Source of the DNA: Podarcis tiliguerta | Taxonomy: Eukaryota | Length of the DNA: 64,000 nucleotides | Assembly: GCA_965153285.1 (NCBI GenBank) | Contig: OZ229111.1 | Reading direction: 5' to 3' (one strand) | Shown here: one piece after another, positions 33,601 through 47,300 of the stretch | Position numbering within the stretch: the stretch's first letter is position 1 | Layout: each line of letters begins with the position of its first letter | Translations under genes and position numbers: made by a program | The notes under the pieces: generated by a model | The model's database searches: none | What the model saw: only the letters and a program-made list of their open reading frames with translations | What the model was told of the DNA's origin: nothing

Positions 33601-36600
33601 CATCCCATTTCCTGAACCCCATCCTTCTGCAAGTTTTAGGCTTGAAAAAAGTCTCCTGTTGATGGCAATAGGAGACAAAAGTCTAATTGTGGTGTTGGGG
33701 GGCATTTTCAGAAGAATCCCCATGCATTGAAACCCCCCCACCAAAAATACACACCCCATCCTGAAATTAAGTTTGAAAGCAGTCTTCCATTGGCACAAAT
33801 AGGCTCTTTTTAAGCCTAATTGCTGTGGGGGAGAGTGCAGCCAGGGAAAGAGGAGTTAACCATCCTCTCTCAAGCGGCCATCTCCGCAAAGATCACTAGC
33901 AACCCTATCTATTAATTAGGTTTCAAAAAAGCTTTGGTCAGGCCTGATTGCTGGGGGAGAAATAGTTGGGAAGGTATAGACACATGTGTATTTATGTAGG
34001 GGAGCATATAATAGATAGAGTTGAGCAGCTGCATCCACTTGGACCACACCCATTCTTGCTTTGGCTGTGCTCACTGCTGGTATGTAGCCCACAAAGCATT
34101 GGCCAAGATGGAATGTGACCCTCGGGATGAAAAAGGCTCCCCACTGACGGGCAGCATTGCTCAGCCATTAAAGACAGAAATCTGTGCCATCTCTACCTAG
34201 AGACACCAGGGATTGAATGTGGCATCTTTTGCATGCAAAGCATGTGCACTGCCACCGAGCACCAGCATTTCCAACTCCAGTGCTCACATACAGCAAGTGC
34301 TGCAGTCTGTCATGTGCATCTGTGCACTTCACTCCTTTTGAGTAGATTAACCAGCAAGCAAAGGATCCCAGCCAGATGAGTGTGGTATAAATAATAAACA
34401 ACAGCTACTACTACTACTACTACTATTTCATTTATTATTTTTTATTATATTATCATTATCATTAACATCTTTTGCCAGTTTGCTTCTGGGCAGAGTTCAA
34501 GGTTCTTCTGTCAATTCACAAAACACTAAATAATTTGGGCCCAAAATACCTTAAGGACTATCTGATCCCTTATGCTCCACCTTGGCCACTGAGATCCTCT
34601 GGTGGGGCACTTATTGTGGTTCCCCACAACCACGAGGTTCAGCCAGCCTTTACTATGAACTGAGCCTCTAGTGTGGAAGGCTGTGCCCTGTGGAACTCCC
34701 TGCCATTTGAGCTTCGGCAGACATCATTCAGAAGTCTAAAAATGGTGTCATTCAGACAGAGCTTTGCACTGTGAGTTTCTTTTTACCAACCATTATTTAT
34801 TGATGTTTTTATTGCTCTGACTGTAATTTTGTACTCTGTGTACTACCTTACTGTATTTTTAAAAAATGGAAACGTAGTTTATAAATAATAAAGAAATAGC
34901 AACATTATGAGTGGGGGGGGGGAGTGGCTCTTGGAAACCAATCAGAAGGTGGATCCTGAGTAAAGGGACATTGTTGGGATGTGGGACAACCTGTCCTTGG
35001 AGTTCTCAATGTAGTCTAGGGAAATGGCTGCTGTGAGCCCCCTCAGAGCTGCAGCAGCACAGAGTATTCACTGTTCTTGACTCTGCTGCAGCATCATGAT
35101 AAAGCCATTCTGTTAAGTCTTCTGCTTTAATAAATTCTTTTCTGCAGTGCAAAGTGTACTTGGTGGAAGATGTGCTCATGAACTTCCTACTCAGCATCCT
35201 GGAAGGAGGAGGGTCTGTGGAAGCGCACCCTCTTATACAGCAGTTGTTGGATCTCATGTGGCTTCTCATGGAGGTGAGCTACTGGAGTGCTTTTACTCTC
35301 AAGGAAAGAGACCCTTCTTCCTTTCTCCAGAGGAACTCCCTGACCCAGTATCTTCTTTCCTATTGAGTAAGAAAGTGTTTCTTTCCTCCCTCAGGATTAT
35401 GAAGTACATGAATGCCTCAAGCAGCTGCTGATGTCCCTGCTCAGGGCATATCGCTTCTCTCCCATTGTTCCTGATCTAGGCTTACAGGTGAGTATTATTC
35501 TGTTAAACCCTGGTCGAAACCCTTAAGAACAAAGTTCATGCAGTGAGAGGGGAGCTGCTTTGGCTGACTGGTTACAGCTTTGCAAATGTTGTAAAGACAT
35601 TTTAAATATGCTGTTTTAAGAGCTCTTCCTCGTGTATCACTGCAGCTTATCTTGATTTCCCTTTTTTCTTCTTCTCTATCCAGATTCACTACCTCCGTCT
35701 CACTATTGCTATCCTGAAGCATGAGAAATCCAGGAAGTACCTGCTTCACAATGTCCTGTATCCTTTTTTATTTAAAAAAAACCACAATATTTGTCACATA
35801 CATCCAAATCTCCTGATGGTACAAACTTGCTTAGACAGACAAAAAGATTCATGTGTAGGCCCTACAGAAACATCACCCTGTAACAGGACGTGGTTTCTTT
35901 TTTTCCTGTGGCTGCACACACCTGCAGCTAAATTTAAGAGGCCCTAGTCGCTTCTATATCTTAGTGTTGCTATTTCCTTACTACCAGATGCAGCTCAGGT
36001 GCGCCTCTGCACAAATTGGAGAGGAAGGGTTTGACCAAGGCAAAATGGCTGCATCTTCACTGTGAGGTCCTTGAGATCACACTTTACTGTATCACCCATT
36101 CTTTGCATACATTCAGATTCAGTTTCTTTCACTTTCAGGGAAAAATATAACTGTGATAACATGGCCTGTATTCTGTGCCATGAGACCAGAGAGAGGCAGC
36201 CAGACTAGCCAAAATAACCCCTGCTTCTTGTTAACTTCACCACTGCCACCACCTTTTTTTGCCTACTCTGTGTTGCCTGCTCTGACTAGCAGTGGCTGTC
36301 AAGCAGAGAGGGTCTTTTCCATCACCTGCTGCCTGATATTTTAACTGGCAATGCCAGGGATTGAACCCGAGTCCTTCTGCAGGCAAGTGCATGTTGTGCC
36401 ATGGAGCTGGGGTCTCTCCCTTAATATTCAAATCTGATCCCAGTGTTACCCAAAAGTAGACTGGCTGCATTCATGGAACAGCCAGCATACCCAGAGGATT
36501 ATTTTTCACTTATTCTCTCTTCCAACACTATACACCTACCTGGCCTACCCTGCTAGATAAATGCTCTGTTCATTGACAATAGTTAAATAACATCTATGTA

Positions 36601-39600
36601 TGAGCTGATCATTATTCCTTTGCTTGCCTTCCCCATGTGCCTTTTGTAATTATCCCAATTATTTGGAAGGGTGTGGCTTCTGTCTCAGTAGCATCACTCG
36701 AGACCGACCATAATAGCACAAATTCTATAACAGCTTTGAGAACATACATAAGGTGGTCTCAGCAGCAGATTGCTAACATGGGGGAAGTGGGGTGGATAGC
36801 TGCTTCAATGTCCCCATGCACTGGAAGCTGATGAAAATAAGCAAAAAGTTGCAGAAGTTCCTTTCGCAGTTGTTCACCTCTTCTTTCATTCCCCCCAAAT
36901 ACCCTTCTTGATGCACAGTACAGTCATTACAGCTTCCAAATACCCTATGGAGTTGACTTGTTTTCAGGAAATCTAATGTTGTTCACGTGGTCCTGTGTGT
37001 GGAGTTATTCTTAACTTATTGCAGGGATGCTGCTTGTGACATAGATCCCACAGGTGCATCTATATGAACTACCACACAACTCCCTTAACTCTCTGCAGAT
37101 TTGATGTGCTCCGCTCAGTTGTGTTTTTTTACATCAAGAGTCCTTTGCGTGTGGAGGAGGCTGGTTTACAGGAGCTCATTCCCACCACTTGGTGGCCAAA
37201 CCGCTTCAACAAAGAGGTGAGGAATATGGCGCCCACTGCTGGTCGATTTAAGGGCTGTCCTAGCTTAACTGCAGAGATGTTGGCTTTATCTAGGTGTTTT
37301 CTGCACATAGTAGCTTATGCAAATGACCATTTGTTTAGCACCTTTATACAGCTGCATTCTCTTATTAGCTGTGTTTGCATTCATGAGCATTTGCAGCCCT
37401 CCCTGTCCATCCTTTTTGGCTTCTGCTAACAATTCTGTTAACCTCCTCTCTTTTAAACACAGGGCAAAGAAAGTAAAGAGATAAAAGATGAGACTGCTGA
37501 GGAGAGACTGAGGAGGCGAGCGTATGAAAGAGGATGCCAGCGGCTCAAGAAACGCATTGAAGGTCTGAGGATGGGATAGTGGCGTTCAAAATCTCATGGG
37601 CAATTTAGAATATGGCATGAAGCCATATTGATCAGTGCTAGAGCACAGCTTTCACAGAGTATGGAGAAATAATTGCAAGCCACGATTAATTAATTTATTG
37701 CATTTGTATACTGCCTTTTGTGCCAAGACACCCACATTTGAAAAATTTGAATAAACAAATGCTATAAAATATTAGCTGGGCAGTGCTGTGTTGCAGGTGC
37801 CATTGGCACCCCTGCTTGCAAATGCAATACTAGTAACTTCATTTAGAAACAGCACTAAGTTTTCCACTGATAATGTTTTTACCTCCTGTCGTTCCAAAGA
37901 CTGTCCAGAGCCACTTGGGGAGTGTAGCTCAACAAACTGATGTGTATAATAATTTGGGAAGGTCAGTTTCTTCTTGCGAGTTTCTATGCAAGGCTTGAAT
38001 ATGGCCACTGTCAGTTTCTCTGTAGCAATGTGGTTGTGGCTGCTACCCAACGCAGTGTATATCATTACTGTTCTGTTTATTCTTAGTGGTGGAGGAGCTC
38101 CAAGTGCAGATACTGAAGTTGCTGTTGAACAATAAAGACCATGGTGGGGTAAGGATGATTGCATATATTATCTGCAGAGTATTTCAGTCACACTGGAGAG
38201 CAGCTTGCTTTTTGAGGTTGTCATGTATCCTCAAAGGGCCTTGCCTGCATCTCACCATAGAACAAGATTTAGTCACATGAAAACTGAGGCCCCATATATC
38301 TGGAAGACTGTCTCCTTCCGTACAAACCTCTTTTGTTTGTTAAGATTGGCACTTGGAAGTTCAGGAGGTGGAAACCCAGGAGAGGACATTCTCCGTGGCA
38401 GCCCCTAACCCGTGGAATTTCTTCCCTGCAGAGATGTGTCTGACACTCTTTATTATATAACTTTCGTCATATGTTGAAGACTCAACACTTTACCCTGGCA
38501 TCTAGCACCTAAGTTATATATTCTGTTGTACCCACTGTCTTCTTCTGAATGTAAATTGTCTTGCCTTTTACATTGTTATAATGCAATATAAACCAGTCCT
38601 GGTACCTTCTGGTGATGGGTGGGAAAGAAGTATAATAAATAATCATTGTAATAGTAACAAATGAATACCATATTCATTTCTGATAGCCTGATATTAAATG
38701 TAGTGAGGAGGCTCAAACTATTGTACACTAGAAGCTGTTTGCTCAGATTAAGCTATTAGCAGCTTATGTTCTCTACCGGGTACAATGCTAAACCTGACAA
38801 CATTGTTTATTGGATACAGGGCACACAGGCTAATGACTTCTGCCCTGGCATCTCATGAGTCTGTGTGAAATGATAATGCTGAGAATATGAGTGGAATTTC
38901 TAAGAGCTAATGCGGTTAGGTGGGACTCCTAATAAAAGCCTAGATAAATCATTTAAGAACATCTCCTTTGCACTGGCGACCAAATGATGGCAGTGTGGAA
39001 CTGTACATATCCTGAATGGACTTCTTGATTGGGGAACTGGAGTTCTGTACAGCAGCCAAAAGAGCCAGTAATGGAGGCGAGCAGGGCATTCATACAAGGT
39101 GACTTCTCTGAGGATAGGCAGCCAAAGAACACTGCTATGTAGCTTGACTTAGCATAGGTTTCATGCATGCGTGTGCAGTATATCACACTCTCCTCATCAC
39201 TAAATGACTCACAACTGATCATGTGAGCTGCCTCCATTGAAGAGCAATTTTCTTTGAAGTAATGACGGGTGACTTATTTATTTAGGATATTTGTAAATCA
39301 CCAGACTTCTAGAGGAGCTGGGGGTTGTATACAACAAGAAGCACAAAACAACACTCATAAGCTATCCAAAAAAACCAACAAAGCATCTAGAATATAAAGA
39401 ATTTAATAACAAAATCAGTTTGAAACCCATACTGTTACTGCTTAAGTATTCAGCCTCTCAGTTTTAAACAGTAAATACTTGGGTTAAATAAAAATGTCTT
39501 CCGTTGATGTTTCAAGACCAATCATGTGAGGTGGATCTCTTTAACTCAAAAACACAAGTGCAACAGTGCTCCAGTTGATGTCACCCCAAAGCAGGCTGCA

Positions 39601-42600
39601 TTATGAAGTGTGCATCCTAATGAAAAGGTTTGTGTGTGGTTCTTGGTCTGTGATGGCCATCCCTTGATGTTGCAGCTCTTGAAAATTCTTTTTTAAAAAT
39701 TGATTTATATAATGCCTATGTGGCCCAGTAGAACCCACGGGGCAGCTCATAATGAAACAAGCAGTAATAAGTAATAACAAAACCAGATATGCAATTCAAA
39801 CTGAACTCCAGTTTATTTTAAAACAGCCGTTTGAAACAAGACAGCAGTAGACAGCATTTCCCTCAGCTAGTGCAAGTCTAGCAAGTTATGAGAATACATG
39901 TATACACTTGTCTTTCAGGACTTACCTGTAAAGGCAAAATTCACATCAGATGAGCAAGTGATCATAATTCAGGCAAACCCAAGAAATACTGTAATTTTAA
40001 GTTGTTCTTTCACCTTGATGGAACTCAACTGACTTTAAACACTGGTTGTTTCAGGGAGGAGCTTCCAGATACATCTTTCTAAATAAGTTCCGCAAGTTTC
40101 TTCAGGAAAATGCCAGCAACCGAGGGGTAAGCTGAGAACAGTATCTTCATTCCACTTTGACTTCTGTCACACTTTCTGCTGGAGGGTCTGAAGAAAGACA
40201 CAATCTTATATCTGTCAGAAGCCGTAGCTGCAGACATGTTTGCAGCTTGGACACTACAGGTGCCTTGTTGAGTGTGTAATGGCTTCTTAAATTTTGGGCT
40301 GATGGACTCCATGCTACTGTTTGTCCTGTGCAGAAATTGGGAAATTTCCACACATCAATGGTTTACCAAGGTGTCAAGTTCATAGTGAATGATTTCTTTA
40401 TCAAGGCCCCTCAACTCATGCAATGCGAACACACGGTCACTCCTTACATTCTGTTCAGTTTGGTTTTGTTATCTGACAGTGTCAGTTCTCTTCACTCTGA
40501 CAGACAATGCTGTTCAGATCTGCAAAGCTAGGCTTCAGTTCTGACACTCCACCCCCCCCCCCCTTATATCCCTATACCTCTGTTCCCCATTGACTGCCTT
40601 CCTAGGATATTGGTGGCAGAACAATTATGCTAGGAATCTCATCTTTTTTAACAGAATGTAAAGAAATAGCTTAAGATACCAGGAAGGGAAGAGCAGTCAA
40701 GTTATAACTTCATAAAAGAAATGGTATCTGTGGGGAATTAGCACACACTTTGTATTGAGGGCACATTCTTGAACAGAAGTCTTGGTTTTAAAAGTGGGTC
40801 TTGAAGCCTAAATGCAAATCATGGTGAAATCACAGAAGCTGAAGGAATGTGGGATAATGCAGCTGTCAGAGTTTTCAATAGTCAGAGGACAGGGCTTTGC
40901 CACCCTATATAACTTGATTCCCCTGTCCATTACTCGAATGAATTATTATTTCTATGCAATTAATTAAAACTTTGCATAACTTACTGAAGGTTCCTGAATT
41001 CAATTTTTCTTAGTATGTCATTTTGAGTCTTGCTTAGCAGAGCACACTCAGCCATGCCTTAAAGGTCTCTCAGTAAATCTAAGTGAAGGTGTCACCTCTC
41101 TGACATGGACTTTTAGTTCTTTCCTGACTGGGAGTGTTCTGTTGTTTCAGTGCCAGTCTTTTCTGGCAGTGAGGGAAATGTGCTTACTGGCGCTTGCTAA
41201 CATGCCTTGGGGCCACCAGGTTGCCTCATCATCTCTTTTCTTGATGTACTGTGCTACTATGCTTTGAAGGGAAGATACGTGCTTGCTCTTTCTTGTTGGG
41301 AAACAGGTGAGAATCAGTGATGGATATTGACTCTGTCAGTTACTGGAAATGTTCTGTGCTGCCTGGGGAATGCTCTAGGCAAGGGTGTGCATCACACACA
41401 TCTGAGGGGATGGAGAAGCTCAGTTCAGCATGCCTCCTCAACTGTTCTGTTAACAGTAGAGCCTTGTCATTTTTTGTCCTTAGAATCTGACTGTGCTGTG
41501 TCCTCCAGAGTATATGGTGTGCTTCTTGCATCGACTCATCTCGGCCTTGAAACATTACTGGGATGAGTACAACATGAAGAACCCTTTAGCAATGAGCAGT
41601 GAAGGTAATTTCCAAAGATGCACAAATGGGAATATTGGTCTTTGTATGTGATTGCATTTTGAAGAAGGCTGTATCATCCAGGAATTTCTGGAGTTGTGCG
41701 TAACCAAATTCTATCTCTTCACCCAAAAATGCAAAATTAGAGACATTCAAGACAACGTTTCTTACATTTTGCATCCCACAGTGAAACAGTGCCCATCCAA
41801 AAGTGAACCTAGTCCTCACTGTTGTGCAGACATGTAGCAGAGAAGAAAGTCATCTTCATCAGTATGCTAGCCTTGCCATAGCCCCTCAAAGGGGGCTATG
41901 TGTGAATGTATTTTAGCTTTCTTTGCTCAGTACCAATTTTCAGTGCTCTGTTGACTTCTCTTCCCCTTTATACCAGAGGGAGAGTTGGCTAGGGCAGGTG
42001 GATGTCTTGTAACTGCGGCCCTGATTATTTGCACTCATTGAAGATTAGCTTTCTTTGGCCTTTTCTGTAAATGCATATAAAACATCTTTCCCCACAGATG
42101 CATATGTCCCCCCTCAGCTCTTCTATAATGGGAAGGTGGATTACTTTGACCTCCAGCGACTTGGGGGACTCTTGTCTCATCTCAAGAAGACCCTCAAAGG
42201 CAAGTGCTTGTTTTGTTGTGTTCCATTAATTCATGTGGAAGCATATGATGTGGAAAATCTGTTGCAGGAGCAAATTATGGAGGGAAGTAAAAGATGGGGC
42301 AGGAGTGTCACAGAATTAGCTTCATTTCTTTGTGGAGCTACGTATCTGTGTGTGAAAGCTTTGGTTCTGCCTGGTACTTGGACTCAGAAGCCTGCTGGTT
42401 TCTAGGTCCCCTAAGTGATCCCGGCAAGGTGAGAAAGGTCCTTTTCTATTTTCACTTTGTGAAATACTAGGGATACTGCGAAACTCAGAATGTCATTTAT
42501 TTGCTTAAACAGGCAGATGCTAACTTGGCATCTTCTTCAAAGGCTTAGTTGTCTTCACTTGTGACCTTCCTTTAAAACTATGTATTTTAACTTGATTATC

Positions 42601-44273
42601 AAATAGCAGCCATGACATAAGTGTGGTAATTTTTTTGACTTGTTAATTTACATGCAAATCTATTCTAGCTAATTTAAATAGCTCAGTCCTCTTCAAGGAT
42701 ATGTGTACGGCCTCTGAAGCTAAAAACAAGAACTGCTCTCCTGGGACTTGAAGATAAAGTGGCAGCTGATGCCTCTTGGCCTGAGAGATTCCAATTAGGA
42801 CTTGCTTTTTCCTCTTTCAGGTGCTCTTTCAGATCAGCAGAGCCAGGCTTTAGGGCACTGGGGCTGCTTGGCCATCTGCTTGGTAGAGATAAGAGAATAT
42901 GAAATACAAGCTCCAAATTACATTTTGAAGATTGTGTGTGACCCTTTTATGAATCTTGTTTTTGTTCACCCTGGGGGAGACCCAAGATTTCCCTACCCAG
43001 TTTTTTGGCTCTTATTGGACTGACTTGTCCATTCCACCTAGGGTCTGGATGCTCCTTTCTCTGCCTTGGGAGCAGCCTCCAAGGCAAAACGTACACAAAA
43101 GGAAATAGCTATTAGAATCAGTAACACGGTCTGGAAAAAGTACAGTTTGCATACGGGAGCATTTTATTTTAGTCATTAAAAAAAATATACCACCATTCAG
43201 TTGTCTGTTTATAGGTAAAACAATAAAGCATAACAATATTGTGTGTGTGTGTATGTGTATAGGTGTCAGAAAGCATATTTGTTATTTGGTACTGCTCATA
43301 TTGATCTAGAGCATCGTAAAGTTAGCAGAATAAAAACTTAAACACATTGCAGGATTCCCAAAAAATAGACCAGAGGCAATTAATTCTTCATCCAGCAGAG
43401 CTTTACTGCTGAAGGTAAATGAGCATAATAGTCACAAATCCATATGTCTTCAAGGTTGGCACAATCAATAAGAAATCCAGTTGCAGCAGACTAAACTTAA
43501 ACTTACAATAACTTACAATAAGACTGAAACCTTAGCACTAAGCATGTTATATACAAACCACCACACCAGAAGAAAAGAGAAACTCAGGCTCCTTCTGGCC
43601 TGTTCTTCTAGTCAGCAGGACAGACAAAGAGAACAGAACCAGTTTGAAACAGCTGCTCAGCTTCTTTGAAGGAATGACCAAAACATCAGGAATCTTCTGC
43701 TTGTTTCTAGACAGAATAGTATCTTGCTTGTCAGCTACAAACTTCCATCTTGCACCAGCTTGTATCACACAGAGAAGCTTCCAGAAGCTTTTTGAATTGA
43801 TTAGAATAGAAAAGGTCTCTACACATTAGATCAATACTTTCTGTACCCAAAAATGCATACCCAACCATGTTTGATTTTTCACAGCATGTTCTAAGTCTAT
43901 ATAGAATGACTACTGGCAATGGGCCATCCCACGCCACTTAATACCTTTTTAAAAAAGTGCATAACAGATGCTTTAGCATTTTCTTTCCCAGCTATTTCTC
44001 CACTCAAATTTGGCCTCTCCGGGTGCTTTTCTTCCTGAGAAATAAAAAAAAACACAAATGGCTGGGCAGAGCGTTGCTCCTCTTCTATGCCTTTGCCACC
44101 AGATCTGATAATTTACAGTGTGGTCCTATGGATGTATACTCAGAGGTACATCCCACTGAATTCAGCAAGTCCCACTGTGCATAGGATTGCAGCCTTAGTG
44201 AAGACACAGTAGCAATATTGACACTTCTGATGTGTTACACTACTGCTGCTTTGAGTCCCGCCAGGAAAATGGG

Positions 44274-44315
<42 letters not shown>

Positions 44316-47300
44316 GGCATGTGGTAAATGGAATGTGCATAGGTAATTATACCTAGCAGTGAATGTATTTGGTATTTTATTCATACAGATGAGCTTGCTT
44401 CAAAGGCAAATATTCTGATTGACCCTGCAGAACTTCAGGCGGTGACAATGGATGATCTTGATGAAGATGAAGAGTCAGCAGTGTCAACAGCACAAGTGAG
44501 CCTAACAATGCCATGTGCAATGAGTTTTAACTTAGGCAGCTGTCAGTGGAGTCTATAAGGAAGGAAGGAGGAGCACTGAACCTCCTGGAAGCAGAAATTT
44601 GTTTTGAATGGAAGGGAGAAGCAAGTAAAGAGAGACTTTTATGCGTTGTACCTAAGAAATTCGCCTTTCTAAGTTTTGTGTTGAACGTATTGGTTGTTCA
44701 GCAGTCTAATGGTGCCATAGCAAAGTGTACATCGGAATCCAGCCCAAAATCCTGACTCTGAGAGGCTATAATCAGACATATTTAGGTCAGGGGACAGTCT
44801 GAAAACAAAGTTACCTGAGGTGGGAGGCTAGCAGGGAAGGGATTTCTCAGTGTTTGGACCCCAGTAATGGAATGCTCTCTTCAAAGCAGTTGGCCTGGCA
44901 CCTGCTTTGTTGTCCTTCAGTGCCAAGCAAATACCTTTTTATTTTCTCAGGTCTTTTATATTAATTTTAACCCTGCTGGTTCTACTGCAGGCCCAGAATT
45001 TTGCAGGCTAACGGAGAGTTCTCTGTTTAGCAAGATCTGATGGTCACTTAAAGCTCCAACAGCTCTGCATTTCTCATTAGTCAGCAGCATTACTCTCTTA
45101 ACCTGAGAATGCCAAGAATGCTGATTGAGCGCTAGTTGCTGTTGGTCCTAACACAGACGTCTGAGTCAGGATCTGGGCGTGCCAAAGATTGTAGTGATGA
45201 CTCTGCAGTTTGAGTCGGGAAGTTCTAATATCAGAAACAAATAGAAGGGAAACTGCAACATGATTTTATATAGAAGGCCCCATGTGTTCATTTGACACAG
45301 TTGTCACCTGTTGTTTATGGTTTCCACCAATCTCCTCTTCTCTGCCCCCTGTCCTGAATCTCCTGGCATACACAGAGAACTTGGGGAAATGGCAGGATTT
45401 GCAGAAGTAGTGAGTGCCTTCTCCAAAAATCCTGCATGAAGCATGTAAGACTTTGGAAATGAAAGAAGCAGGGTGGAGGCCTTCTTGTTGCTTTCTCCTT
45501 CCCCAATGGCTGGTGTGGAGCAAGAGGGGATCACTTAGCACAAACTCATATAGAAGGGGAAAGCAATGAAGGGGGATCCCGTCACTTCTTGCCTTTTCTA
45601 AAGCATGATGTAAAATGACAGAAAAGGCCTGTCCCAAGACTTCACTTGCCCTTGCTAGCAGAGGGTGGGTCTTATCTCACTTCACATGAGAAACAGTGTC
45701 AGCCTCTACTTCCATCTTCTGCTTAATGAAAAAGCCTGCTACGAAGAGAAAGATTCCCCCTTCCAAATTATCTGTAATTTGCAGAAAACTCAGGAAAACA
45801 GATATTTATGTTAGGCGGAAGGATGGTTCCCAAAGGTTGGCAGGGGCAGCCACCATAGTGACTTGGTGACTGTAGAGCACAGTAAAGTGTGGGAAAAACT
45901 TGGGCAGGGGCTGCTTTTTAAGGCTTCAGGCTTCTTCTATATATATCCCAGGAAAAGTTCAGTGGAAACTCAAGACCAGCTACTACTCTGAGAACTTTGA
46001 GAACTGTTGACACAATGTGATGCAAGGCCTGATAAGATGAGGAATTCAAGGATTCAGTTTGTTAAAGAAAGTACTCTGTGCAAAGAAAAAAAGTTATTTT
46101 GTTTTGCTTGGCTTCAATTGCATTTTTTGTCTTCACGTAGTGGGCAAACGTTGCCTTGCAGCTTGTCTTGTGTTCCTCTTTAGAAACTGCAGGCTAAAGT
46201 TCTATCTCCTTGGGATTCTCAAGGGCAAGGTTATAGGTGGTCAGGATTTCCCACTCCTAAAAATATGGAAGGATACCCCATGCTGGGCCCAGGAAATTTG
46301 AATGGTTGATACTTGTCTGCTAGTTCACAGGGATGTCAGTGTGAGCACAATTTTGCCATCTGTGACTGCACCCTCTGATAAGACCATATTGTGAAGAATA
46401 TTGTGTCCCGTGAATTTGGAACTATACAGCACAGGATAGCCCAGTATTGCCATTACATCTGGCCCAGTGCTGATTCTTTCACTCCGGTTGCTGTTTGGAC
46501 CCTTAAAAGATTGATTCCAGTCATCAGCTGATGCATAATCAAGCTGATGCATTTTGCAGTGTGGATTATGTAAACTGGGTTGTGTGTCAGTTCAGAAACA
46601 CCCTATTGAAATAACTGATGAGGATACAAATTGTGCTTTCTAGGGAAAGTTTTCCTGTCCTGAATGTCTGCCTGTGCTATGCTTGCCTGTATGAGACCCT
46701 GGTTCTTCTTCTAGGTTACAATGAGTGAGAAGGAAATATTTCAGCTACTTGTCCTACAAATGAGCCTAACTAGAACAAAGGAGATTTGTGCATGGTTCAA
46801 ACCAGCTTGATTCTTCCCGTTAGAGAAAGAGCTGAACAAATATTACTTCATATCTCTCAATCTCTCTTTTTCTCAGCGTCCAGCTGCGGCACTGGCAATC
46901 GGTGGTGCCTTGGCCAGACCAAGCTGGCTTAGTTCACCCACCCTGGGGCGGGCTAACCGTTTTCTCAGCACTGCAGCTGTTAGCCTTATGACTCCAAGGC
47001 GGTCACCAGGTGCCTTGGAGAAAGTTAAAGTTCGTACGTTGAACATGGAACAACGGACAGAGGAGGACAGTGAGTAGTGTGCATATATATAATCCTTTCT
47101 AATACACAAAAAGAAATAATAATAATAACAACAAAAGACAGAAGAGATCAAAGCAAGAAGGGGGGGGGGGAGAAGGATACAAGGTGAGAGGAGGGAGTGG
47201 TAGTATTCCAGAAATAGCATTATAATTCCAGATTCGTAAACATGTTATCCAATAATGTTTTTCCAAAGAAATCCATGAGAAGAGAGTAGCTGCCAATCAT

